Shown piece by piece: positions 16,781-27,613 of a stretch of 64,000 nucleotides of DNA. Below the pieces are notes generated by a model. The model was not told where the DNA came from. It ran no database searches and saw nothing but the letters and a program-made list of their open reading frames with translations. The position numbers were made by a program, and so were the translations under genes. Source of the stretch: Patescibacteria group bacterium (lineage in GTDB: Bacteria; Patescibacteriota; Patescibacteriia; UBA9570); assembly GCA_041660305.1 (NCBI GenBank), contig JBAZWO010000006.1:16432-80431 (forward strand), given 5' to 3'. The first letter of the stretch is position 1, and each line of letters starts with the position of its first letter.

Positions 16781-17710
16781 ATGGATAAACAAGCCAAAAT
16801 ATATATTGCTGGACATCGTGGTTTGGTAGGTGGAGCTATCAAGCGAAAATTAGAACAATTAGGTTATACTAATTTTATATTACGTACGCATAAAGAATTA
16901 GATTTATTAAACCAAGCAGCGGTGCAGGAATTTTTTCAACAAGAAAAACCAGAGTATGTGTTTTTAGCGGCCGCTAAAGTAGGTGGAATTTATGCTAACG
17001 ATACGTATCCAGCCGATTTTATTTATCAAAACATTCAAATTCAAAACAATATTATTTTTGCGGCTTACCAAACTAAGGTAAAGAAATTATTATTTTTAGG
17101 CAGCAGCTGTATTTATCCAAAATTGTGTCCGCAGCCTATTAAAGAAGAGTATTTGTTAACCGGAGCGTTAGAGCCCACTAACGAATGGTATGCTTTGGCT
17201 AAAATTGCCGGTATAAAAATGTGTCAGGCTTTTAATAAGCAATATGGTACAAATTATATTTCAGTAATGCCTACTAATTTATATGGTCCTGGTGATAATT
17301 TCGATTTAAAAAATTCCCACGTATTACCGGCACTGATTCGTAAGTTTTATGAAGCAAAATTAAATAATACACCAACAGTAACCATGTGGGGCACGGGCAC
17401 ACCAAAACGTGAGTTTTTATATGTGGATGATTTAGCGGAGGCGGTAGTGTATTTAATGCAACAGTATGATGGTTCAGAGATTGTAAATATTGGTACAGGA
17501 AAAGATATTACTATTGGTGAATTAGGCAAGTTAATTAAAAATATTATTGGTTATAATGGTGCTATTGTTTATGATGCTACTAAGCCAGATGGGACACCAC
17601 AAAAGTTGTTAGATGTAAGCAGGTTAAAAAAGTTGGGTTGGGAGGCAAAGGTTTCATTGGAAGATGGAATTAAGCAGACAGTGGAGTGGTATCGTTTAAA
17701 ACAAGTGTAA
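16781..17710 (+). CDS. fcl: GDP-L-fucose synthase (GDP-4-keto-6-deoxymannose 3,5-epimerase/4-reductase)
   Basis: [42 protein letters not shown] and HVLPALI fit Fcl. It lies directly downstream of gmd. Confidence 0.95.
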   Translation: MDKQAKIYIAGHRGLVGGAIKRKLEQLGYTNFILRTHKELDLLNQAAVQEFFQQEKPEYVFLAAAKVGGIYANDTYPADFIYQNIQIQNNIIFAAYQTKVKKLLFLGSSCIYPKLCPQPIKEEYLLTGALEPTNEWYALAKIAGIKMCQAFNKQYGTNYISVMPTNLYGPGDNFDLKNSHVLPALIRKFYEAKLNNTPTVTMWGTGTPKREFLYVDDLAEAVVYLMQQYDGSEIVNIGTGKDITIGELGKLIKNIIGYNGAIVYDATKPDGTPQKLLDVSRLKKLGWEAKVSLEDGIKQTVEWYRLKQV

Positions 17711-17719
17711 GAGTATTAA

Positions 17720-19675
17720 TCAAATAGATTTTTTATTGAATAATTCATAATCAAAACGATATAAACCCCATTGGTAATTGTTTTGTATGGTTTTGACTTT
17801 AATAGGCGTAAGATAAGGCTGATATTGTTGTAGAAAGTTTTGTAGACTCTCTGTGTATTCTTTACCATAGAATTCTTGAAAAACAAAAACATAACCAGCT
17901 CCATCATTAGCTGCTTGTGGTATTACATTCGATTCAAAATGTTCACCTAAATTATAATTATTATTTTGGTAAATTTTGGAAAATGTTCTAATAGTAGGAG
18001 CGGCACCAGCATTAGGCACAAAAATATTATCACTTAAATAATATGATTTATGATAATAAAGATTAGTAATTATTTTCTCATCTTTAATAGATTCTAAATA
18101 TGGTCTAGCATCCGAAAAACCGTGTTCATAACCAAAATATTGAGTATTAAGTTGATTACTTTGATAATAAGGAATAAACTTTAAACCCCAAAAACCAATT
18201 ATTAGCAAGGCTAATAGGGCGGGTTTATAACGCAAGTGTAAACGATAATACAGTAAAATAAATACAAATGCAATACCAAATATAGAAATAAATATAATTG
18301 ATTTATATTGTATTAATTTTACTAATAAACTAATATTGCCTAATACATTTTTATATTGGTAATCATGCACATGATAATAATAGATCGCCATTTGACCAAT
18401 AAATAATATAGCTAATAGCGCATATTCAGTTGATCTACATTTGTAATATAATGTTCTTTTTAAACCATGATAGGTAAAATATAATAAACCAGGTATCATT
18501 GGCATTAAGATGCGAAAACCATGCTCAGTACCCCCTTGTTGAATGTTAAAAAAAACAAATAAAGCAGTCAGTAAAAACATGATTAAATCTGTTCTCACAA
18601 GCTCTAAACGACAATGTTGTTGCCAAATAAATTTTATACGCTGTAATAATCCAAAAGAAGCAAATACTAGAATTAAAGGATGAAGATAAGTATCAGAAAA
18701 GTTGTAAGTCAATTTATTAATTATACCAGTAGTTCGTTCTTGAATAGGAGAATTAATAATATTATTAGATATGATATTACCAGTTGTTGATATTTGATTA
18801 ACTTTATCAATAATAGGTGTGCTAGTAGTTATAGTTGATCCGATATCTGTGTATGAGATATTTATTCTTTCAATAACAGGAGCTAACCAAATAGCTATTT
18901 GCTTGTGAATCAATAAAAAAGAGTCACTAAATAATTCTTTTAGACTATTTTCTAGTAAACGTGGGTAGGGTAAAAGATTGAAATCTAGTAAAAAAAATAT
19001 CATTATAGTAGTAGGAACGGCAGTAATTAAGATAAGATGTATGGCTTGCCAAATTCTAGCACGTCTAGATTGTTTGCTTGGTAATAAAATATTAAAAATG
19101 GAATAGACTATTAATAAGCCAAACGCTAAGTAAAAATAATATTCATTAAAAAGAAATAAAATGAAAACAGTAATACCAACTTTAATTTTCGAAGCATTGT
19201 TTAATAATAAGTACAACAACAAGCTGTAACAAAATACAGACGGCATCACTAAAGTTAAGCGTACAGCATATATCCAAAAATCAGTAATTAAAAATAATAA
19301 ACTCAACGTTGCTATGGCGGTTAATTTTTTAAAACCAATTTTTAAAAAAATACAGTAATAAATAATAATTGAAGCTACAGCAAAGATAATTGAAATAAAG
19401 CGCAATTCCCAAATGGAATTACTGCTAGTTAGCCCAGTATAACCAGCTACTAAAAAAGTTAATAATGGGGTATGTTCTGTATTGATATCGCTTAATAGAA
19501 TTTGTTGAGTAGTTAAACTTTTATGAATAGCTTTACCAATATCAGCGTAAAGGTATTCATCATTAACTGGCCAAATTAAAGGATTTAGCCATAATAAAAA
19601 AGCGCTGGCTATGACACATAAACAAATAATATACTTATGTTCTTTTATTAGTAGTGCAATTTTTTTTAATAGCAT
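17720..19675 (-). CDS. large polytopic membrane protein, GT-C-like (acidic DE motif in first loop)
   Basis: A 651-aa protein with many TM segments and NDEYLYAD just after TM1, as in PMT/ArnT-type GT-C enzymes. It lies immediately downstream of a GT2 gene. Confidence 0.5.
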   Translation of the reverse strand: MLLKKIALLIKEHKYIICLCVIASAFLLWLNPLIWPVNDEYLYADIGKAIHKSLTTQQILLSDINTEHTPLLTFLVAGYTGLTSSNSIWELRFISIIFAVASIIIYYCIFLKIGFKKLTAIATLSLLFLITDFWIYAVRLTLVMPSVFCYSLLLYLLLNNASKIKVGITVFILFLFNEYYFYLAFGLLIVYSIFNILLPSKQSRRARIWQAIHLILITAVPTTIMIFFLLDFNLLPYPRLLENSLKELFSDSFLLIHKQIAIWLAPVIERINISYTDIGSTITTSTPIIDKVNQISTTGNIISNNIINSPIQERTTGIINKLTYNFSDTYLHPLILVFASFGLLQRIKFIWQQHCRLELVRTDLIMFLLTALFVFFNIQQGGTEHGFRILMPMIPGLLYFTYHGLKRTLYYKCRSTEYALLAILFIGQMAIYYYHVHDYQYKNVLGNISLLVKLIQYKSIIFISIFGIAFVFILLYYRLHLRYKPALLALLIIGFWGLKFIPYYQSNQLNTQYFGYEHGFSDARPYLESIKDEKIITNLYYHKSYYLSDNIFVPNAGAAPTIRTFSKIYQNNNYNLGEHFESNVIPQAANDGAGYVFVFQEFYGKEYTESLQNFLQQYQPYLTPIKVKTIQNNYQWGLYRFDYELFNKKSI

Positions 19676-19677
19676 GT

Positions 19678-20541
19678 CTATATTTTTAACAAAGTGAAAA
19701 CTATGGCTTTAAAGAATAGATAACAATAATAGCAAAATAAGGCAATTGAATATTTTAGTTTGTAAAATAATTTTGGACAATTTTTCCAATAATAACGCAA
19801 ACTAAAAATCACGTTATTATGTGAACGAATATAAAACATGTTAATATATAGTTGTTTTAATGTTATTTGTTTGGTTGTGCGGTCTAATCCAGAGATTCCA
19901 CCAATATCATATATTATTGCATCATAAGACAATACCAGTTTATAGTCTAAACGTTTAGCTTGTAAAAATAAATCATAATCTCCAAAGTAATGCGGGAAAT
20001 TGATATCATCAAAATTATTTTGTTTAAAAAATTCAATAGGTACAATTGTAAAACGACAAGTGAGCACATCAATATTTCCACTATAATAACCATGTTTTAA
20101 CACCGGTATGGGGATATACTTAAAAGTACTCCAATTAATGGTATAAGCAGAATCATAGATATGGTTTTTATGATCAAGCTTTCTTGAAGCTGATCCAACA
20201 ATAGCACGATGATTGTTTATGCTAGTATTTAATAGTATTTCAAGAGCATTTGGTTCAGCTATTTGATCATTATTAGCACAGAGTACAAAATCATTAGGCT
20301 TGGCTACACTTAATACATAATCAATGCCATGACGCATGGATCCAGTCCACCACCAATTACCATCGCTGCGAATAATTTTTGCTGTAGGGTAGATGCGTTT
20401 CACCATCTCGGCTGTTCCATCAGTAGAACCATCATCAATAATAACAACTTGGATATCTTTAATTGTTTGTTGTTGCAACGCTTTCAAGCAGCGTTCGGTA
20501 AAGTGTTTACGGTCATGTACTGCAATTACAGTATAAATCAT
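19678..20541 (-). CDS. glycosyltransferase family 2
   Basis: I prefer the internal ATG at 20541 (MIYTVIAVHDRK...), which overlaps the asnB-like stop (ATGA). It carries VIIDDGSTDGT. Confidence 0.8.
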   Translation of the reverse strand: MIYTVIAVHDRKHFTERCLKALQQQTIKDIQVVIIDDGSTDGTAEMVKRIYPTAKIIRSDGNWWWTGSMRHGIDYVLSVAKPNDFVLCANNDQIAEPNALEILLNTSINNHRAIVGSASRKLDHKNHIYDSAYTINWSTFKYIPIPVLKHGYYSGNIDVLTCRFTIVPIEFFKQNNFDDINFPHYFGDYDLFLQAKRLDYKLVLSYDAIIYDIGGISGLDRTTKQITLKQLYINMFYIRSHNNVIFSLRYYWKNCPKLFYKLKYSIALFCYYCYLFFKAIVFTLLKI

Positions 20542-22340
20542 ATTGAATTTATAGATTGATGAGCTAAATTTATTCGACACCATATTTCCAAAACAATACA
20601 TTTATAAAGAAAAACAATTTGTTGTTGATTATGTGGTGTAATTAATTTAAAATATCCGAGCCAACTAATAATATCATGTTTTATTAAGTAACCATTTAAA
20701 AGTAATTTGCTATATCGTTTAACAACGGCAATATACCATTCAGCAGAAGGTGGTGTAAAGCCTTGTTTTGGTCTGGACAATATTTCAGTTGGTATTAATG
20801 TAGCCATAGCTTTTTTTAGTAATTGTTTACTAGGTTGTTGCCATAAGTCTGGTTGAGTTTTATTTAAACCAAGCACTAATTCAACTAATTTATGATCCAA
20901 AAAAGGTGAACGTAATTCTATACTATGAGCCATGCTTAAACGATCTCCTAGAGCAATAATGTCAGGGTATAACCAGGTAGTACAAAGAGCAGAAATAGCT
21001 TGTATGGGAATATTATTTGTATTAGACAGGGAAAAAAAATGATCACTCGTATGCTTTGGAATTTTAGCTTTGATGGCCGATTTTAAAATACCAGGTATAC
21101 GTTGTTGAGCATATTTAAAATCAGGATGAGCTTGGTAAGATATTAGTTCATGTTGTTGACCAGTTTTAATTTGTGCTAATGTCTTAGCTACTCCATCAGC
21201 AATCCATTGGTATCCCCAAAAAAATTCGTCTCCACCAACACCATTAAGCATTACTTTAATGCCTTGATCATGGGCTGTTTGCATTATTTGATCTATGCTA
21301 TATGCTGCAATATCACTAATTGGATCATCCATCGCGGCAATCAAACGTGGAAAGTCTTGCACAAACTGGGGTGTTGCTATTTCTATTTCATGTAACTTAA
21401 TTCCTAATTGTTTCGCAAATTTTTTTGCATGTTGACGTTCATCGGTAGCTGGTCGACCGGTATAGCCAACGGTAAAGGCATGAGTAATATCTTTATTACT
21501 ATTATGATATTTTACCAAAGCAGCCACAGCAGAAGAATCAACTCCCCCTGATAAAGCAATGCCAATTGGCACATCCGATCGACCAATAATATTACCAATG
21601 GTGAGTAATTCTTGTTTTACTAATTCGGCTGGATTTGAGCTAGTAATTGGTGCAGCAGCATTTAAATCCCAGTAGCGCTGTAATGAAGTTTCTAAAGTAT
21701 TTAAATCGATTTTAAGATAATGAGCGGCCGGTATCTTATGTACCTCATTAACCATTGTAGTGGGTTCTGGTATATATTGATAATGCAAAAAAAGATCAAT
21801 CGCAGCTGGATTAATTGACCAGTTAGAAGAAGCTGTTATAGATTTTAGCGCTTTAAATTCAGAGGCATAAATGAGGACTGAATTATCTTTTGTATAATAA
21901 ATAGGTTTTTCACCTAAGCGGTCACGAATGAGATAAATAGTATTGGCAGTAATATCAAAAAGAGTTATAGCGAACATACCACGTAACGCATTAATGCAAG
22001 TAATGCCCTTTTCTTCATATAAATGACAAATAGTTTCTCCATCACTTTTTGTACGAAACACGTGGCCTTTATTCATTAATTCTTGGCGTAATTCTACATA
22101 ATTATAGATTTCACCATTAAATAACAGCACGATGGTTTTATTTTCATTATATAAAGGTTGGTTGCCTCCAGCTACATCAATAATACTTAAACGGCGCATA
22201 CCAAGTAAGCAAGTTTTGCCTTCATGCCATCCTTCTCCGTCTGGCCCACGATGTTGTAGATAAACATTAAGTTGTTTAGCTTTAACACGCTCAGTGGTTG
22301 TAAGTGGATGATTAGTAATTAATCCGGAAATGCCACACAT
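20538..22340 (-). CDS. asnB: asparagine synthase (glutamine-hydrolysing)-family amidotransferase
   Basis: N-terminal nucleophile MCGISG and the PP-loop ALSGGVDSS. Its position in a glycan cluster suggests a sugar/uronate amidotransferase role (inference). Confidence 0.85.
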   Translation of the reverse strand: MCGISGLITNHPLTTTERVKAKQLNVYLQHRGPDGEGWHEGKTCLLGMRRLSIIDVAGGNQPLYNENKTIVLLFNGEIYNYVELRQELMNKGHVFRTKSDGETICHLYEEKGITCINALRGMFAITLFDITANTIYLIRDRLGEKPIYYTKDNSVLIYASEFKALKSITASSNWSINPAAIDLFLHYQYIPEPTTMVNEVHKIPAAHYLKIDLNTLETSLQRYWDLNAAAPITSSNPAELVKQELLTIGNIIGRSDVPIGIALSGGVDSSAVAALVKYHNSNKDITHAFTVGYTGRPATDERQHAKKFAKQLGIKLHEIEIATPQFVQDFPRLIAAMDDPISDIAAYSIDQIMQTAHDQGIKVMLNGVGGDEFFWGYQWIADGVAKTLAQIKTGQQHELISYQAHPDFKYAQQRIPGILKSAIKAKIPKHTSDHFFSLSNTNNIPIQAISALCTTWLYPDIIALGDRLSMAHSIELRSPFLDHKLVELVLGLNKTQPDLWQQPSKQLLKKAMATLIPTEILSRPKQGFTPPSAEWYIAVVKRYSKLLLNGYLIKHDIISWLGYFKLITPHNQQQIVFLYKCIVLEIWCRINLAHQSINSI

Positions 22341-22370
22341 TTTTTTAACATTACAAATTAAAAATTGATT

Positions 22371-23627
22371 TTATAAATCACGCACTAGCCAATCATGTTT
22401 GAGTAAAACATTTCCTTGACCTTCAGGGGGTAGTTGACCAGAACCAAAGAAATCACCATATTCAACTTCAAAACAACCAGCATCGATAATCCAATCAGTA
22501 ATTACATTGCTTGCTGAGACAAATGTATTAAAATAGTAGGTGCCAGGCATTAATGGCAAATTATGCCATTCTAAAATAAATTGCCCCTTAGACGGGATAG
22601 TCTTAAACACGTTTCCAGTTGCAAGATTTATCATATTTAGAAATGTTTCTCCAAATTGATTCATAATTGGAAATGAAACAATCACATCATGAACAGTGCT
22701 AAAGGTAGCGTCTGTTTCATAGTTAAAAATGATGCGAACGTCTTGTCCGGTACGTAGAATTGATATAGCTTCACTTGAAAAATTTTCAAATCTTATTTGA
22801 GTTATTTTTATTTTACCATTACCTTGTCGATCTTTACGCTGATCTAATTTGATTTCTGCAGATACAACCGAATTGTCTTTTAGATATTCATGAATAGTTT
22901 CTTCAACAGGAGCGTCCTTAATAACGTATCCATCTTTTAATAAAATAGCTCGTTGGCACAGTTTTTGGATAGCACTTAAATTATGACTAACAAAAATAAT
23001 AGTGCGTCCTTTATTATGAGTTACTTCGCTCATTTTTCCTAAACATTTTTTTTGAAATTGAGTATCACCCACTGCTAATACTTCATCAACTAACAGAATC
23101 TCTGGTTCTAGATGAGCGGCTACAGCAAAAGCTAATCGTACATACATGCCAGAGGAATAGTGTTTCACTGGAGTGTCTAAAAATTGTTCAATTTCGGCAA
23201 AAGCAACTATCTCAGTAAATTTTTTTTGAATTTCTCTTTTTGTCATTCCTAAGATGGCTCCATTTAAAAAAATATTTTCTCTTCCAGTTAGTTCCGGATG
23301 AAAACCAGTACCAACTTCAAGTAAACTTGCCACTCTACCATGCAAAGTGATGCGGCCTGTGGTTGGCGGTGTAATTTGTGATAAAATTTTTAGCAAGGTG
23401 CTTTTGCCAGCTCCATTACGTCCAATTAAGCCGATTATTTCGCCACGAGTAACTGAAAAATTAACATCCTGCAAGGCAAAAAATTGTCGTACTTCAGTTT
23501 TTGAATGAAATAAATGTTTCGGGTTAAGCATTTTACCAAGAACATCACGTAGAGATAAATAAGATGCCTGCTTGCCCAAACGATATTGTTTGCTAATATG
23601 ATCTACTTGAATAATTGGTTTTTCCAT
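22371..23627 (-). CDS. wzt: polysaccharide ABC exporter ATP-binding protein with extended C-terminal domain (Wzt/TagH type), copy 1
   Basis: Walker A GRNGAGKST, signature YSSGMYVRL, Walker B LLVDEVLAVGD, plus about 170 aa of extra C-terminal domain. Confidence 0.9.
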   Translation of the reverse strand: MEKPIIQVDHISKQYRLGKQASYLSLRDVLGKMLNPKHLFHSKTEVRQFFALQDVNFSVTRGEIIGLIGRNGAGKSTLLKILSQITPPTTGRITLHGRVASLLEVGTGFHPELTGRENIFLNGAILGMTKREIQKKFTEIVAFAEIEQFLDTPVKHYSSGMYVRLAFAVAAHLEPEILLVDEVLAVGDTQFQKKCLGKMSEVTHNKGRTIIFVSHNLSAIQKLCQRAILLKDGYVIKDAPVEETIHEYLKDNSVVSAEIKLDQRKDRQGNGKIKITQIRFENFSSEAISILRTGQDVRIIFNYETDATFSTVHDVIVSFPIMNQFGETFLNMINLATGNVFKTIPSKGQFILEWHNLPLMPGTYYFNTFVSASNVITDWIIDAGCFEVEYGDFFGSGQLPPEGQGNVLLKHDWLVRDL

Positions 23628-23630
23628 ATA

Positions 23631-24452
23631 CTAAATAATATCTGCAAAATAGCGTTCTGTTTTTTTAAAATACAACCAACTAATTAGTGTTACAATGATA
23701 CTCATTAATAAAGCAAAAAACAATTGCTGCCAGGCAATTGTGTTACTATGTGACAATAAAACAGTGCGAGCTGTTTCAATTACAGTTGACATTGGATTAA
23801 GCTGTAATATCCATTGATATGAGCTAGAAATAGTGGTAGTAGGGTAAATAACTGGAGTAAAAAATAGCAAGATCTGCACAAAAAATGGAATCACATAACG
23901 AACATCACGATATTTTACATTTAGTGCCGCTAAGAATAAGCCAAGACTAAAAGCAGTAATATAGGTAATAACCATTAACAAAGGTACAATAACCAGAGCT
24001 AATAGGTTAGGAGTAATGTGATAGTATAGCAGCATGCCTATAAGTATTAATGCCGCAATAAAAAAATCAAAAACGGTTACTAAAATAGAGGCAGCCGGTA
24101 ACAACACTTTAGGAAAATAAATTTTTTTGATAATATCCTGACTACTTACTAAACTATTGCTAGCATTAGTTACTGCTTGAGAAAAAAAAGTCCAAAATAA
24201 TAATCCAACAAAAACAAAGATAGGGTAAGGTATACCAGCAGTATTGAGTGTAACAAGATTTCCAAAAAAAATAGTGAATACAACCATACTTATAAACGGA
24301 ACAAAAAATGCCCATAATACTCCAACAGCAGTTTGTTTGTAGCGAACTTTAATATCTCGCCACGCTAAAAAATAGAATAGGTCTCTATAATTGTTTAGTT
24401 CCTTATAATTAAAGGTATACCAATGTTGCTGTGGAGTAATAACTGTTTTCAT
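23631..24452 (-). CDS. wzm: ABC-2 type polysaccharide exporter permease (Wzm/TagG type), copy 1
   Basis: Six TM segments, the WRDIKVRYKQT motif and NVKYRDVRY. Confidence 0.9.
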   Translation of the reverse strand: MKTVITPQQHWYTFNYKELNNYRDLFYFLAWRDIKVRYKQTAVGVLWAFFVPFISMVVFTIFFGNLVTLNTAGIPYPIFVFVGLLFWTFFSQAVTNASNSLVSSQDIIKKIYFPKVLLPAASILVTVFDFFIAALILIGMLLYYHITPNLLALVIVPLLMVITYITAFSLGLFLAALNVKYRDVRYVIPFFVQILLFFTPVIYPTTTISSSYQWILQLNPMSTVIETARTVLLSHSNTIAWQQLFFALLMSIIVTLISWLYFKKTERYFADII

Positions 24453-24515
24453 AAATAACGTTCTATACTATAACGTAATAGTAAGACCTTGTCTATACTA
24501 ATAAGCACCACATAC

Positions 24516-25757
24516 TCATGACTTTAAAACAGAAGTATATAAATTTATATAACGTTTCGCTTGGTGTTCAAGTGTAAAATGCTGTTCAATAGATTTTCGT
24601 GCCCGAGTTTGTAATATTCTTCGTTTATTCATATCAGATAAAACCCAACTAATACCTCGCGCTAAATCATTAACATCAAATGCTTTTGCTAAGTAACCAT
24701 TAGATAAGTGTTTAATCATATCAGGAAGACCGCCAATGTTAAAACTAACACAAGGCGTGCCGCAACTCAATGCTTCTAACACGCTATTAGGTAAATTATC
24801 TTGTTTTGATGGTAATACAAATACATCGGCTGCTCGAAAAGCTTTTGCAATGTCGGTTGCTTTATTAAGATGGCCTAAAAAATGAATTTTAAAGGCGTTA
24901 TTTTTTAAAGTTAATTCATTACCATGACCAAATATTATTAATTCAGTCGTTTTTGTGAATGATGGATTGTTTTGCAATCGTTGTAACGCTTGATAGAGAT
25001 AATCTATTCCTTTACGTTTATCTTGAATATAATCAGCCGCAAATAAAATGTAATGTTTATCTATAGGTAAATGTAAAGCTTTTTGTGCAGCTTCTTGGTC
25101 ACCGGGTGAGAAAATATTTGTATCAATGCCGTTAGGAATGACTTCCACTCTATGATTTTTAAAAAGAGCACTCTGTTTTACTAATCGTTTTAACCAATTA
25201 CTCGGGGTAACTAATGTTAGGTTTGATAAATTCTGCCAAGCAATTTTTTTTCTTTGCCAGGCCCAGCGATTTAAATCCCAGCCAGACTCATCAGTGGGTC
25301 TGTTTGTAGAGGTATAACCAGTAATAAATCTGGTATCGGCGGTATAATGTTCAGCACCACAAAAAGCCCACATATCATGTAGTGTCCAAACAATTGGCTG
25401 TTGAAATTTTAACAGCAGTTTGGGAGTAAGAAAGGCCGCGCAAATCCAATGTAATTGAATAATATCTGCTGGCTGGGTTAAGGCTTGGCGAAAAGTGCCA
25501 TCAGCAATCCAGCTAGGAGAATGTAATGTTGTATTTGAAGTGGTAAAAAATTTAGTTGGCAAAGCATCAAGGTAACGGCTCAATGTTGTTCGCAATGATA
25601 ATGTCTCATTTCCCAAGACGGCCGCATCATTACTTTTTTTTTGACTTACAATCATAGTTGCGTCAATGTAGGTCAGTTTTAAAGCAGTGTGTAAGCGATA
25701 AGCTGCAATAGCGGCGCCCCCACCAATATCTGAAGTTGATAATTCTATTACACGCAT
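24516..25757 (-). CDS. glycosyltransferase family 4 (GT-B)
   Basis: N-terminal GGAAIAAYRL and a C-terminal E-x7-E-like region PSKQDNLPNSVLEALSCGTP. Confidence 0.8.
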   Translation of the reverse strand: MRVIELSTSDIGGGAAIAAYRLHTALKLTYIDATMIVSQKKSNDAAVLGNETLSLRTTLSRYLDALPTKFFTTSNTTLHSPSWIADGTFRQALTQPADIIQLHWICAAFLTPKLLLKFQQPIVWTLHDMWAFCGAEHYTADTRFITGYTSTNRPTDESGWDLNRWAWQRKKIAWQNLSNLTLVTPSNWLKRLVKQSALFKNHRVEVIPNGIDTNIFSPGDQEAAQKALHLPIDKHYILFAADYIQDKRKGIDYLYQALQRLQNNPSFTKTTELIIFGHGNELTLKNNAFKIHFLGHLNKATDIAKAFRAADVFVLPSKQDNLPNSVLEALSCGTPCVSFNIGGLPDMIKHLSNGYLAKAFDVNDLARGISWVLSDMNKRRILQTRARKSIEQHFTLEHQAKRYINLYTSVLKS

Positions 25758-25775
25758 AATTAAACAATATAACAG

Positions 25776-26504
25776 CTAAATCTGGTAAAATAAATAATTA
25801 ATATTATCGCTAGTAAATTTTTTATATCCTAAACGTGTTAGTTTGTTAATTGTGTGTTGGACATCGGTTTCCGTTATACTATCAGTAGTGTGATGGTGAA
25901 ATTCCACGATAATTTGGTTAGCTTGTAATAAAATATTATTCGGAGTATTATCTAACACTTTACACTCCATGCCTTCGATATCAATTTTAAGGATATCAAC
26001 AGTAGAAAGTTTTAATTCCGTAAATAATGTTTGTAAAGTAATTGTTTTTACCGGATAAGGCGTAATGGTATCATTTTTTACATTAATATGATCTTGCAAC
26101 ATAGAACTGCTTTCATTTTCAGCTGTTTCATAGAAAATAGCTGTACCATTTATATCGGATAACGCATACATTAAGCGTATAAAATTCTTTGGATATTTTT
26201 TCGTGATATTATTTAAGGCAGGGGTATGTTTTTTTGTTGGATCTACTCCATAACATATTGCATTATATTTACTCATTAGTGCAATTGAAAAATCAGCAGT
26301 ATATCCTGTACCACAATCTATAATAATTGGTTGATGTTGTTTTAAATTCGCATCGTTATAAATCCAATAAACATGATTAAGCGGAATAATATTTCTTTTG
26401 GCCGCTATATTAGGATAATTTGGTTGAAAATATCGTTGATAGATAACAGATTTTGCTTTTTCTAACCTTTTTCCAAGCACTGTCTGTTTTAACGCATTTA
26501 ACAT
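25776..26504 (-). CDS. FkbM-family methyltransferase
   Basis: IIDCGTGYT, and LKIDIEGMECKVL...IIVEFHH typical of the FkbM family. Confidence 0.75.
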   Translation of the reverse strand: MLNALKQTVLGKRLEKAKSVIYQRYFQPNYPNIAAKRNIIPLNHVYWIYNDANLKQHQPIIIDCGTGYTADFSIALMSKYNAICYGVDPTKKHTPALNNITKKYPKNFIRLMYALSDINGTAIFYETAENESSSMLQDHINVKNDTITPYPVKTITLQTLFTELKLSTVDILKIDIEGMECKVLDNTPNNILLQANQIIVEFHHHTTDSITETDVQHTINKLTRLGYKKFTSDNINYLFYQI

Positions 26505-26553
26505 GAATGTTATCAGATTATTACTTACTAGATTAGTAAATTACTAAAGATTA

Positions 26554-27612
26554 GTGTATAAAACAAAGCGGGCATTGTCAACAAAATTGAACAGTGGTAA
26601 ACTATTCACTATGTTGTTAAATTTTACTAACTCCGATTTAGCTGACGGAATTAATTTATTAGATATTGGAAGTAGCGGCGGGTTAGATCCAAAATGGAAA
26701 CCAATTGAGAAAATTATTAACCTAACCGGTTTTGATGCCAATGCTGAAGAGTGTAAAAGAATGGAACAATTACCACATCCATTTCGATCAGCACGATATT
26801 TACCATATGCTATTACTGGTCAAGCCGGTGAAGCAATCTTATATCATACTAAAAGCAAGTTCTGTTTTTCTTTGTTAGAACCGAATGCAAATTGGTTAAA
26901 CCGATTTTACTATAAGGATTTATTTACGGTTATTGATTCATCTACCATCAATGTTAAAGCCTTGAGTGACATTAAAGAATTGTGTGGAATAGATTTTGAT
27001 GTTATGAAAATTGATACCCAGGGTTTAGAATTGCCAATTTTACAACAAGCTGAATCTATACTTGAAGAAATATTTTATCTAGAACCAGAAACGGGTTTTG
27101 TGGAAAATTATAAGGGAGAATCTACTTTTGCAGATGTAAATAATTTTTTGCGGAAGCATAATTTCTTATTATTTGATTTTAACGATTCACACCGTATTGC
27201 TCGTGATAACGTCTTTCAACATCATCTTACCGGCAAAGAGCAACCGCTTTGGACAGAAGCAGTCTATTTAAAGGATTATATTGCCTTACATAAACAAAAT
27301 AGTCCACAAATTGCTCAGCTTACTAGAACTAAAGCATTAAAGGTTCTATTGTTGTGTGCTGTGCAAGGTTGTTATGATTATGGCTATGAATTAGCAGGAT
27401 TATTTCAAACATTAAATTTAATCACTTCTACTGAATATCAAGAGCTAAGCAATACTTCTGCATGGCAATTTCATAGTGCACTAGGTGACAGCGGGATAAA
27501 AGAGATGATCAAAAGAATGATTGCCGGTACTATTGAACATTTACCCAAGAAAGCTCGAAAAATTATTTACGATGTTTCTGTGTATACAGCCAACAAAAGT
27601 CGTATACTTTAA
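26554..27612 (+). CDS. FkbM-like methyltransferase
   Basis: LLDIGSSGG and MKIDTQGLELPILQ. The start is uncertain; the ATG at 26611 is an alternative. Confidence 0.6.
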   Translation: MYKTKRALSTKLNSGKLFTMLLNFTNSDLADGINLLDIGSSGGLDPKWKPIEKIINLTGFDANAEECKRMEQLPHPFRSARYLPYAITGQAGEAILYHTKSKFCFSLLEPNANWLNRFYYKDLFTVIDSSTINVKALSDIKELCGIDFDVMKIDTQGLELPILQQAESILEEIFYLEPETGFVENYKGESTFADVNNFLRKHNFLLFDFNDSHRIARDNVFQHHLTGKEQPLWTEAVYLKDYIALHKQNSPQIAQLTRTKALKVLLLCAVQGCYDYGYELAGLFQTLNLITSTEYQELSNTSAWQFHSALGDSGIKEMIKRMIAGTIEHLPKKARKIIYDVSVYTANKSRIL

Positions 27613-27613
27613 G

